A stretch of 64,000 bases of DNA from Epithemia pelagica (GCA_946965045.2 OX337231.1:1860001-1924000); one strand, 5' to 3'. Shown: positions 1 to 9,987, numbered from the stretch's first letter. Notes: generated by a model from the letters alone, not told the origin. Made by a program: numbers and translations.

Positions 1-300
1 CGTGCTCCCGGTCGTGCATCGTCAACCCCCAGTGGTATGCTGTGGGGAACCCTTCGGGCCCATCAGGTCATGAAGGATTATCGAGGCCACGACTTCAGCG
101 GCCACCCAAAAATTGCACTAATCTTGCATGAACATCTCATTCGCTTTTCAACGCCTCGCTCAAAATTCGATGAGCTCCAATTGCAATTTGACGAAAAGCT
201 GGAGAAGGTTCAGCGATCAGTGAACCAAGCGGTGGCAGCTGTGAACAAGAAGGGCAGCAACAACAAATCTACAGGCGAATCCAAGAAGCAACAAGGATGA
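1..300 (+). CDS. 3' end of gag-like ORF1 of YR-1 (partial)
   Basis: Frame open from base 1 to TGA 298-300; coiled-coil-like then basic tail; lies directly upstream of, and in frame with, the RT ORF. Confidence 0.6.
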   Translation, partial: RAPGRASSTPSGMLWGTLRAHQVMKDYRGHDFSGHPKIALILHEHLIRFSTPRSKFDELQLQFDEKLEKVQRSVNQAVAAVNKKGSNNKSTGESKKQQG

Positions 301-309
301 TCCGGACGG

Positions 310-3300
310 ATGAACATTGGCGAGAAGGATAACAGGACGAGGGATGAAAGTATATTTGAAGCAAAGACAAGAGAACCAACAACGATTAGTGATGATAATT
401 TAGACTGTGATGAAATTGATGAAACATCGACACTCTTCCCACTCGGCGTCTTGGAGAAAAAGAACATGGGCCTTCCCGTAGGCTATGGATCGTTGGCGAT
501 TGGGTTGGTGTGTTTCTCTGTCCCATCTTGGTTTTGGTCAACATCACTCCTGGGCTCTGTGGCGTGGATAGATGTTTGTCACCCCGTCTCTTGGCTCGCT
601 TCAGTCCAAGGCTCGACACTACCGATGGTGATGGAAGAGAAGGATGCAAGTCCTGACAGAAGAAAGAGAAAGTCCGATGGAAAGCTAAAGACTCCGCCTG
701 TTTTTGCTGAACGTTGGAACGAGGCTGATGTTATCTTGTTTGATGAGTTGTGCCCGGGGCCCTCCCATGATGTTTGGAAGTCTGTCCGAGTTCAGTTTGT
801 TGTGTGGTGGAAGAGCAAGTCTTGGAGCGGCCCCCCAAAAGAAGAATCAAGGTGGACCGTTTCGAAACTAAGAATGGAGCATGCAACACTCGGAGGAGTC
901 ACCACAAGAGTTGACTGGATCTTTGTGGCCTCTCGCTTCATGCACTCAGATCATAAGCAAACCATCAGCTTTTTGGATTGGTGGAAAGGATCAATGGAAA
1001 AGGGATTGAGTTTGACGACGGTTCGTGGCATCATCAAGCCCACGGAGCATGGAAAACCTCGAGCTGTGTCAAAAGTCAAGTCAGAAGATCTGTTGTGTGA
1101 CCGCAAAATGAATTGGAAACTGGATAGGGAGAAGGTTCATATCCTCCCAAGTGTATTTTCTCCAACGGGTCTGGTACAGCGAAAGCTTGTGCCAAAGGAG
1201 TTAGCACTAGCACTGGATTTCCCCTCTGAATTGAGTGCCGGTCGGTCAGACGAGGAACTGTCAGAATTGATTGAAAAGACTGGACCTCTGTTCAAGACGC
1301 GAGTCCAAGTTGTGCGGCTCATCCGTGATTTCATTGAACAGCAAACCTCTGCAAAATCCAAGAAGAGAGAAAGGCCCGAAAGCTCTCGAATGGATTCCAA
1401 GGATGCATCGTCGGTTGTTAGTGCACATGGAATGAAGGTAGACGAAGACGAGCGTGTACCTGATGACATGGAGATACTAACAGACAACGCGCTTCACAAA
1501 TTGGAAAGAGAAGAAGACCGCAATTTAAAAGCAACGAAATCAGACGACGCTGCTATTCCTCACTATTTGTGGAACGATCGAATACTTGATCGTTTCGGGA
1601 TGGTGAACGAAGATGACAGGGCAAGAGGAATCCACGCTCTCGATTGGATAAGACACGGAGCGTTGAGGTACTGGAAACGTTTGGTTTCAGGAAGTTTCTG
1701 GAGTTGGTGGCGCGATTCGCAATCGAGCCTTTCAACATCAGAAAGACAAACTTCAATCGCATCAGGACTCAGCGCTTTACGTCATTCCGCGCTAGCTTCT
1801 TGGTGGGATTGGGATGCAGGGTCGTCCCCCTTTTTCTGGCGGATGCCGGACCCCGATTGGCTCGTTGACATGAGGGATGGGGTAAAACCAATGTGGATTG
1901 GACCCCCACCCAAGTATAGAATACCTCAACGACCTAATCCAGATCCAGCCCATCTCGCGTTAGAAAAAAAGAAGATTGGAAAGGTCCGAAAACGCGGTTA
2001 CATTGGTCCTACCGAGGGAATTCGTTCATTAACGAGTTTCTTCTCAGTGCCCAAGGGACCGTCGGACATTAGAATGGTTTATGATGGAACCAAGAGTGGG
2101 TTGAACGATTCACTCTTGGCTCCTTGGTTTGGATTGGCTACGGTGGATGCCATGCTAAGAACAGTCTGTGAAGGCACGTGGTCAGGTGACAACGACTTTG
2201 GTGAAATGTTTCTCAATTTCTGGATTCATCCAGAAATTAGAAGCTATACAGGAGTTGACTTAACTACGCTGTTCCCAGAAGAGCTTGAAGCAAAGGACGG
2301 TTCGAAGAAATGTCTCTGGGAGGCTTGGACCCGTTGTGCAATGGGTGTTACGGTGTCCCTGTATCAGACCACTCAATGTACTCAACGGGTTAAGCGGATT
2401 GTGTTCGGATGTCGGTTCAACATTGACAACATTTTCCGGAGGACCGAAGTTCGTCTCAATTTACCTGGAAACGATGACTACGATCCCTCAAAGCCTTGGA
2501 TTTGTAAAGTCAGGGAAGACGGACACATAGCTGTGGATGTACATTCGTACATCGATGACTTACAGGGTACAGCGCCATCCGAAGAAGAGGCATGGCAAGC
2601 CTCCAGTGCAATGGCCAAAGGTTCAGCATATTTTGGCTTGCAAGACGCAGCACGCAAGCGTAGACCACCAAGTCAGAATCCAGGGGCTTGGGCTGGAGCA
2701 GTGGTGGAGACGACCTCAGAGGCCGTGTTCAAAACAGTATCCCAAGAACGATGGGACAAGACGAAGAAACACGTCGCAACTCTGGCCGACTGGGCAGGAA
2801 AGGACAATCCAATCAACCGGAAGGAGTTGGAACGTATCCGTGGTTTTCTGGTGTACGTTTCGCTCACCTTCAAAGCCTTGGTTCCGTATTTGAAGGGTAT
2901 ACATTTAACCCTTGAAAGTTGGCGACCAGACCGGGATTCCGAAGGTTGGAAAGTCGGAAAGAAGCAAAGACAAGAATTGTTACAAACATCGAGCGACGCA
3001 TCGATGAGAAGAGAAGCTCCGTTAGAAGTGGAGCAAGTTCCAAGATTTAAAGATGACATTCGCGCGATCACGGAACTCACCGACTTCGAGAAACCACCTA
3101 AGCTCTTAGCCAGGCCAAGAAAGGGATCTAAGGCTGTGATTGTGTTCGCCGATGCATCAGGAGAAGGATTTGGATCTTCACTCTGGATTTACGGGTCTGA
3201 TACGGTGGATACTGAACATGGCCTGTGGACCAGACAGTATGGATCCCGCTCATCAAATTTTCGGGAACTCTACAACCTTATCCTTCGGTTGGAAGCCTTG

Positions 3301-4086
3301 GTACATGGCAACCAGCTTGACCATGGGGCGGAAGTCTTTATGTTCACCGACAACTCAACGTCTGAGTCAGCCTTTTACCGAGGCACGTCGTCGTCATACC
3401 TTTTGTTCAGTTTGGTTCTTCGCGCCCGAAAGATGGAGATGGAGGGACGAATATTTTTGAGGGTGGTCTGGGTAGCTGGTACGCGAATGATTGCTCAGGG
3501 AACAGATGGTCTGTCCCGAGGCGACTTGATGACTGGCGTCATGGCCGGGAGCTCGATGTTATTTCATGTACCGCTGAATCGTCATTGCGAAGAAAGACAA
3601 CCAGGGGTTGTCCCTTGGCTAAAGAGCAATTGTGATGATCGAACCTGGATTGACACCACACCAACTGATTGGTTTGACGGTATCTTCAATAATGGAAACT
3701 TCGTCTGGACTCCGCCACCTTGTATCGCGGATGTTGCAGTGGATCAATTGTGTGATTCAGTGCACATACGCCCCCGAAATAGCCACATATTTGTTTGCCC
3801 TGCCCTGATGACATACTTGTGGCGAAAGAAGCTCGGAAAAGTCGCTGACTTTGTGTTTAAGATTCCCGCTGGCTGCGGAATTTGGTCTCAGTCTCAACAT
3901 GAACCTTTGATTGTTGCTTTCGTGTTACCTCATCTCTTTCGCAGGCCTTGGCAAGTTCGAAGAGCAAAAGGGTTATTGGATGACATCGAAAACCACATGC
4001 GTGAAATGTGGTCATCCAGTGGCACCCCTGATGGGTCTTGTCTGCGGCAACTATGGGCATTCAAGGGGTACAAGCCGAGTGTGTAA
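310..4086 (+). CDS. YR-1 pol: degenerate C5-methyltransferase-like N-terminus + reverse transcriptase + RNase H
   Basis: 1258 aa; RT motifs SFFSVPKG, DFGEMFLNF, YIDD; RNase H motifs FADASG, NFREL, FTDNS, DGLSRG; N-terminal motifs aligned to C5-MTase (see findings). Confidence 0.9.
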   Translation: MNIGEKDNRTRDESIFEAKTREPTTISDDNLDCDEIDETSTLFPLGVLEKKNMGLPVGYGSLAIGLVCFSVPSWFWSTSLLGSVAWIDVCHPVSWLASVQGSTLPMVMEEKDASPDRRKRKSDGKLKTPPVFAERWNEADVILFDELCPGPSHDVWKSVRVQFVVWWKSKSWSGPPKEESRWTVSKLRMEHATLGGVTTRVDWIFVASRFMHSDHKQTISFLDWWKGSMEKGLSLTTVRGIIKPTEHGKPRAVSKVKSEDLLCDRKMNWKLDREKVHILPSVFSPTGLVQRKLVPKELALALDFPSELSAGRSDEELSELIEKTGPLFKTRVQVVRLIRDFIEQQTSAKSKKRERPESSRMDSKDASSVVSAHGMKVDEDERVPDDMEILTDNALHKLEREEDRNLKATKSDDAAIPHYLWNDRILDRFGMVNEDDRARGIHALDWIRHGALRYWKRLVSGSFWSWWRDSQSSLSTSERQTSIASGLSALRHSALASWWDWDAGSSPFFWRMPDPDWLVDMRDGVKPMWIGPPPKYRIPQRPNPDPAHLALEKKKIGKVRKRGYIGPTEGIRSLTSFFSVPKGPSDIRMVYDGTKSGLNDSLLAPWFGLATVDAMLRTVCEGTWSGDNDFGEMFLNFWIHPEIRSYTGVDLTTLFPEELEAKDGSKKCLWEAWTRCAMGVTVSLYQTTQCTQRVKRIVFGCRFNIDNIFRRTEVRLNLPGNDDYDPSKPWICKVREDGHIAVDVHSYIDDLQGTAPSEEEAWQASSAMAKGSAYFGLQDAARKRRPPSQNPGAWAGAVVETTSEAVFKTVSQERWDKTKKHVATLADWAGKDNPINRKELERIRGFLVYVSLTFKALVPYLKGIHLTLESWRPDRDSEGWKVGKKQRQELLQTSSDASMRREAPLEVEQVPRFKDDIRAITELTDFEKPPKLLARPRKGSKAVIVFADASGEGFGSSLWIYGSDTVDTEHGLWTRQYGSRSSNFRELYNLILRLEALVHGNQLDHGAEVFMFTDNSTSESAFYRGTSSSYLLFSLVLRARKMEMEGRIFLRVVWVAGTRMIAQGTDGLSRGDLMTGVMAGSSMLFHVPLNRHCEERQPGVVPWLKSNCDDRTWIDTTPTDWFDGIFNNGNFVWTPPPCIADVAVDQLCDSVHIRPRNSHIFVCPALMTYLWRKKLGKVADFVFKIPAGCGIWSQSQHEPLIVAFVLPHLFRRPWQVRRAKGLLDDIENHMREMWSSSGTPDGSCLRQLWAFKGYKPSV

Positions 4087-5491
4087 GAATGCATGGCATG
4101 CAAATTGTTATTGCCAGAGTCAGGATGATAGATTTCCAGTATTGGAGCCGGGTGACTTGGACGACGCTTTATTAGATGGTGAAGGACATGCCGACATTGA
4201 AGACGACCCAGGCCGGTTTAAGGAGGCACGAGATGGAGACCATTTCTTGTGTCCTTTTCAATGTGACTCTTGTTCGTTCTTCAATGTGCAGGGACGATTT
4301 GAGCGAGACAACTCAGAACCCGATCGCCTGCTGATGGTCTGTATACGTCGAGCGAATTTAGACGCTTTCTGGTCGAGAGAGCGATCGACTGTTGATAAAA
4401 ATCTACGTGAACTGAAGGGTCTCCAATCGCTAGGAGAGACGATCGGGCTTCATCGACCCCTCCCGAATCGCGGGCCTTTTCCAATCGGCTATAGCAATGG
4501 TCTTGGCGCTGCCTGTCTGATGCTCATGAAAACTTTGAAAGAGGGTAAGAATGCTAAGCACATTCAATATGAAACGGCCCGAAAAGTGAGATCAACAATC
4601 AGCAATTTCATGCATACGCTTCCGGGAGGAACTGGTTGGTCAACGATGGGATCCGGTGACCGCTCGTCGTTGGTATTCACTGCCAGTCCTACCAATTCAT
4701 ATTGGTACAAGCGTTTTCTAAGTGGATGCCATCGAAGAATGGGTGATGTATGGATCCCTGATAGAGCTGTGACGCTCGAAGAGATTCATGTCGGTTTGGA
4801 CATTTTGGAAAAGGAATGGAAGGGTGTTCCAAGAGGCCAAAGAAAGTTGGAGGTCGCCCTGTCAGGAGCACTGGTTGTGATTGGGTTTTGCGCAGCCTTG
4901 CGCGGTGAAGAAATCCCACAAGTCGACGTCGGTCTCATCCGCAAATATTGGCTGGAAGGGATAACGTGTTCAAGAGTTGCTCACGTTCCCTTGGCAATGG
5001 CTGGTCGTTTCAAACAGACCAATGGTGCATTTAAAATATACATCCAGCCGTTGGCGGAAACAACTACTAAGTCAGGCATCGGAATCAGACTATGAATCGA
5101 GCGAGCAATCAGAGAGTTGAACGCGAGAAAGGTGGAATCTAGTCCGATGTTTCGTCGAGTGACAAAAACAGGAAAGGTCAACCGAGCGATGGTAGGAGAC
5201 TTGGACATATTGATGATTGCTCTCTGGAAGAGGATCCAACATCATCGACCGGATATCATCCCTGACACTGTTAAGGTAGAGGAAGAATACAGTGCCAGAC
5301 GATCCTTTCGCCGAGGAGCAACGACGGAAGCCCAAAATAAGAAGATACCGAAAGAGGTGATCGAAGCAAACAATCGATGGCGAAAGCACTTGAGAAACAA
5401 GGGCGTGCCCCCTGGGATGAGCATGTTGGAAAGGTATTCGGACGCAAAGGCGTCAGTCGAATCTTTGGTGCGCTTTTCAGAGTTCTTGTAA
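3911..5491 (+). pseudogene. YR-1 tyrosine recombinase interrupted by in-frame TGA at 5093-5095
   Basis: ORFs 3911-5095 and 5117-5491 share one frame; catalytic-type motifs ALRGEE, GRFK before the stop and RSFRRG, NRW, ERY after it. Confidence 0.85.
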
Positions 5492-5604
5492 TCGAGGCAA
5501 GAGGAATCGAACGCGGGATCGGAGAAGGCAAGGATGGACACACAAGCGGCAAGAGCTGCGAAATGGAAATGAAGATTGTTGGTGTGGGATTCATTTACCG
5601 AAAT

Positions 5605-6017
5605 GGGGAATTGTTCTCGGTTGAACTCTTTCGAGTAAAGCCTAGATCGCTTGTCGTTGCCAGCATGCCTGATCGATCTTAATGGATACTCAACAGACGT
5701 GGACCAGGGCTTGGCAGCCTAATGGGAAGCGGCGCAGCACTGGTGAAGATATTTCAGAGTGCTGCGGCTCAGCAATGGGTCTGATACTGGGTTTATCTGT
5801 TGGGGGATGTCACACTAGCGCGTAACGGAAGGAAGTTTACGGGATCCGAGTCCCGTTAGCTTTTGGCGCGAACCACGATTCACGCCCGCCTTTTGGGAAA
5901 GGATGGGTGGGGGGCCTTCCCCCCCAGAGTATGGTAATATATAGTATTATGTTATTGTGGAAGTGTGGTATCGTTGGGACGTCTCATCCGGAAGGAAGAG
6001 TGAGGATCAAGTACCGC
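5605..6017 (+). repeat. YR-1 direct repeat B1 (413 bp)
   Basis: Matches 6280-6614 plus 8016-8087 with 3 substitutions seen and a 6-bp indel. Confidence 0.95.
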
Positions 6018-6279
6018 ATCGTACCCAACAGGTTAAGCAGGGACCGACGGACGAACGATGAGAGACTAATGACGTCGCTCCCAACAAGATGACAACGACA
6101 CGTCAGAGTTGGTTGGGGTCATCAATGACTCTTATGAGTCATACCCCAACCCATGAGAATATGGAGAAAGGATTCCTAAAGGAGTCATAAGTTTATGAGA
6201 AGAAAACTCTTCGGTTGTATCACGGATCTGATCACCCATTGATCATCGTGGAGTTCTCTTTTTGCCCACCCACCCGCCC

Positions 6280-8087
6280 GGGGAATTGTTCTCGGTTGAA
6301 CTCTTGCGAGTAAAGCCTAGATCGCTTGTCGTTGCCAGCATGCCTGATCGATCTTAATGGATACTCAACAGACGTGGACCAGGGCTTGGCAGCCTAATGG
6401 GAAGCGGCGCAGCACTGGTGAAGATATTTCAGAGTGCTGCGGCTCAGCAATGGGTCTGATACTGGGTTTATCTGTTGGGGGATGTCACACTAGCGCGTAA
6501 CGGACGGAAGTTTACGGGATCCGAGTCCCGTTAGCTTTTGGCGCAAACCACGATTCACGCCCGCCTTTTGGGAAAGGATGGGTGGGGGGCCTTCCCCCCC
6601 AGAGTATGGTAATACCCTCGGTATCAGTGTCCACTGCTTAGCTGTTTTTTGTCTGTGCCACTCCCAAGTCCCAAGTGGACAAAGACAGAAAATTTCCTTT
6701 TTGACGCAAATGGAAATGACTAAATTGCAAATTGGCACGCATACACAGCTGGAGTTTTCGCAGTTCATGAATCAGACGCATGCCCAGCAAGCGGCCCTGC
6801 GTGGATGACGGTTGGTTGGTCTTTGCAGAATGCGCCATCCAAATCCCCCATAAAATCATACAGAGGCCATCACCCACAATGGCATGGCACATGGCATGAA
6901 TTGTCGCCTTTCATGCAATTGAGGTAAGTTTGAACGTACAAAAATGTTTCCATGACAACAACAGTTCTTGTACTGTCATTCTAACTTCTCCCTCACACTT
7001 GTATTCGTTTTTCTCTTCTGATATTCGACATTCGACAACTGTCTCTCTCTCTGTCCACTTCATTGAGAGTGAATGTTTGTGCCTATGGAATGCCAATTCT
7101 CCATTCGAGCCTCGGCTTAAAATTGGAGACCACATAGAGCTTCATTTCTTTGTAGGAGTATTTGAGGAGTTTCTATCAGAAGTTTAGTTCTAATCTTTCA
7201 TAGATTTTGTAAGATCGTGCGTGTTATTGCCGTGCTTTCAACAACCATGACACTCTGGTGTAGGTTTGAGGCCATCTTGAAGCATATCTGATCGACTCTG
7301 TGATCTATGAAGACTAGTTTGAGTAGGCCTAGTGGCAACAAGCTGCCTCAGTTTGTCGTCATCTCTAGGTCTAGGTACTTGAGTATCCGACACACAACGA
7401 AAGGTTCTTGATCTGTGGTCGACATGGAGATGGGCAAAGCACAATGATGAGAGTACAAAAACATGCTACAAAAATAAGAACACAACCAACCAACAATCAA
7501 ACAGCACTACGATTAAAGCAAGGAGAAGTTGTGGCAAACGGCCTACAATGACTTGTCCTCCATTTCATTGCGACAAAATCAAAGGAGCACCAAGCATCAA
7601 CATTAACAGGGACAAAGATTAATGAGATAACGTGTGAGAAAACTATGCAGGACATGAAAGAAGCTAAGAGACAAACAACAAGCAACAAGAGAGAAAAACC
7701 AAAATGCTGCTTCAGGTCGTAAGGATTCGGAAAGAGCTCGTTTCATGGTCAATGTCGATGTTTTTGACACCGCGTGAGATTTTTGTGACGAGACGAGAGT
7801 CGTGTGAAAGGATTCCAAATTTGAATCGTGGTCACGGTCACAGGAAGATGCTAACCGCCAACTGTCACTTGCACGCCGGCATTTCCACCATCACGAGGAA
7901 CCATATTGGTGAAAAGGACAGACGAAAAGTGAAATTTTCTGTCTGTGTCCACTTGAGAACCTATGAAGGTGGCACAGACAAAAAACAGCTAAGCAGTGGA
8001 CACTGATACCGAGGGATTATGTTATTGTGGAAGTGTGGTATCGTTGGGACGTCTCATCCGGAAGGAAGAGTGAGGATCAAGTACCGC
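6280..8087 (+). repeat. YR-1 direct repeat B2, split by the TIR element at 6615-8015
   Basis: 6280-6614 matches 5605-5939; 8016-8087 matches 5946-6017. Confidence 0.93.
6615..8015. mobile_element. Non-autonomous TIR DNA transposon (MITE-like, 1401 bp, CCC...GGG ends)
   Basis: Perfect 47-bp TIRs 6615-6661 and 7969-8015; 24-bp subterminal inverted repeats 6672-6695 and 7932-7955 (1 mismatch); no long ORF. Confidence 0.9.
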
Positions 8088-8421
8088 CTAAGTGGCAAAA
8101 AAAAAAAAACTGGAAATCTATTATAACGCTGCCGCACGCACCACGCATGATGACGCCGACCGACGCGCCGGGCCTAGAAAACTAGGCGAGGCCTAAATAG
8201 GGTAGCTTGAGAGGAGCTCAAGCTAGTCCAGCATAATGAAGGATGACGGGACGCCATGTGTTGAGCCAGGTATGTAGTTGTGTATGTGGATGTGGTTTCG
8301 TGAAATTTGGATAAGTGGCATTGGCATCAAACGCGGCGTCGGTCGCGCAGCGCAGTCGCGTCTCCGCACCACCTTCCGGAATGGACATACAACACAAATA
8401 CCATTGCTGCAGTATCGGTTC

Positions 8422-8672
8422 TTGTCTGTACTGATGTGGAGTGACGTGGCCGATGCTGGCCAGACTCCTGCGACCGACATCAGAGGTGCGACTGCTCCGC
8501 CTCCTCGTCGCGAGGCGAGCATCCGATTTCGTTCCCCTCGGTTCTACGATTTGGATGACTCTTGATGCAGAGTCGTCGGAGCGTGAGAAGAGCTCACTCT
8601 TCTCGGGTTCAGCATCTTTGCAAGCAACGTTACGAGACGAGTACACAGGCAATCGCAAGATCCTAGTTAGCT
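8422..8672 (+). repeat. YR-2 split direct repeat A1 (251 bp)
   Basis: Identical by eye to 15581-15831. Confidence 0.95.
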
Positions 8673-8700
8673 TTTGAGTTCTAAACCTTACATCGTTACC

Positions 8701-9987
8701 ATGACTTTCACCGATCTTCCTCCCTTTTTGAAGAATCCTCCCTCTTCCAAAGCAACGAGTTCTGTGGCTGGTCGTGCCAGTTCCCGCTCTTCGACGCCGA
8801 TCCCCGGCGATCCGAAAGAGCCGACTGCTTCCTCTCATGGTCCCGACGATGGATTCTCTGACTCCGATATCCAAGATCTCGCCTTCCCTCCGAAAGGCAA
8901 GACGACATCGGACTCGAAAGGTTCTTTGAAGTCGACAAGCTCCTCCAAGAAAGTTGATTCGACGAAAGCCGCCCTCAAGGCCGCCTTTACGGATTCGACT
9001 CTTCTCTCCGACGATCCGCCTCCTGTCTCTCAAGATGACGAAGATGCTCCCAAGAAGACTTTGAACGAAGGAGTCATCCCCGATGAAACCTTCGACGAAG
9101 CTGTCACCCCTTCTGACACTCCTTCTGCGCCTCCACGTCGATTCGAGTTGTACTTTGCCGACGGTTTTCCTCCTTCCGATGACAATGCCTTTGCTTCTCT
9201 GGTTGAAAGCGCTGCCAAGGTCAATCCGGTTGATTGGTGTGACTCTTTCTCCAATCCCTTTCACATCTCCCTTGCTTGTGACAATGAGATTTGGAAACGT
9301 CTCTGCGCCTCTTTTGATCGTCTCTCTACTGCAGAAGACCTTCATATTTGGTTGTCCTCCAAGATCAAGCTTAGTTCCCTTGCCTTTTTAGGCGCCTCCC
9401 GTTCCGGTCGTCCCTTGGTCCTCCACAACGTCTTCTCCCCTGAAGACTGTGGCACACTTGTCAATCCCACGTTGACATTTTATGCCCTTGATCGAAAGAC
9501 GTTCGATTCTCCGCCCTTCGAGATTCCCCAAGAAGATATGTCCGAGATCATCCGCTCCTCCATGCATCGGAACGTGCCTACTTTTGAAGAAATCATGGCC
9601 CATTGCGTTATTGAGCACAATCCTCCTCTAGACGCGGACCATCCCAATTTCTTCTTCGACCCCGAGAGTTTGAAAACTCTCCTCCCAGCCTCCCCCTCCA
9701 AGCGCGATCAGGAACACACCTTTTCCAGCTCTAGTTGGTGTTTGATTCCACCCGCTCTAGCCGGTTTGATTGTTAGGAACTTCGACCCTTCCACCTTTGA
9801 TCGCGACGAGTCCTGTGGCGCCTTTGCCAGCGACTTATACAAGACAGCACTCTATCACTGGTGGACATTGACTCAAGTTGACTCTGCATCCCCCAGTGAC
9901 AAGAGCGTTCCACTCGACTACCCACTTCTAGCCATTCAAGCCGGTTTCGCGACATGCCGCTTCATGCACAGAAGCACCTTCGTCTGA
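8701..9987 (+). CDS. YR-2 ORF1a (gag-like N-terminal part)
   Basis: First ATG 8701 in a 437-codon frame; Ser/Pro/Asp-rich N-terminus then globular region; first ORF after A1. Confidence 0.75.
   Translation: MTFTDLPPFLKNPPSSKATSSVAGRASSRSSTPIPGDPKEPTASSHGPDDGFSDSDIQDLAFPPKGKTTSDSKGSLKSTSSSKKVDSTKAALKAAFTDSTLLSDDPPPVSQDDEDAPKKTLNEGVIPDETFDEAVTPSDTPSAPPRRFELYFADGFPPSDDNAFASLVESAAKVNPVDWCDSFSNPFHISLACDNEIWKRLCASFDRLSTAEDLHIWLSSKIKLSSLAFLGASRSGRPLVLHNVFSPEDCGTLVNPTLTFYALDRKTFDSPPFEIPQEDMSEIIRSSMHRNVPTFEEIMAHCVIEHNPPLDADHPNFFFDPESLKTLLPASPSKRDQEHTFSSSSWCLIPPALAGLIVRNFDPSTFDRDESCGAFASDLYKTALYHWWTLTQVDSASPSDKSVPLDYPLLAIQAGFATCRFMHRSTFV

Larger units (their letters stand above)
1..8087 (+). mobile_element. 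Tyrosine-recombinase retrotransposon YR-1 (Ngaro/PAT-like, split direct repeats), 5' end outside window, last repeat interrupted by a TIR element
   Basis: gag-like ORF end, RT-RNaseH ORF and overlapping YR ORF, followed by direct repeat B1 (5605-6017), 262-bp spacer and B2 (6280-6614 plus 8016-8087). Confidence 0.9.

Noticed and set aside
5093-5095. TGA recoded as Trp genome-wide
   Set aside because: Host genes in the window, such as KCS and the PstS-like gene, terminate at TGA
8097-8109. A13 tract after YR-1 as a LINE/SINE tail
   Set aside because: No matching TSD or upstream non-LTR sequence; it lies outside the B2 repeat
8218-9345. 375-aa minus-strand ORF
   Set aside because: Antisense shadow of the YR-2 A1 repeat and ORF1a; runs across the element boundary and has no motifs
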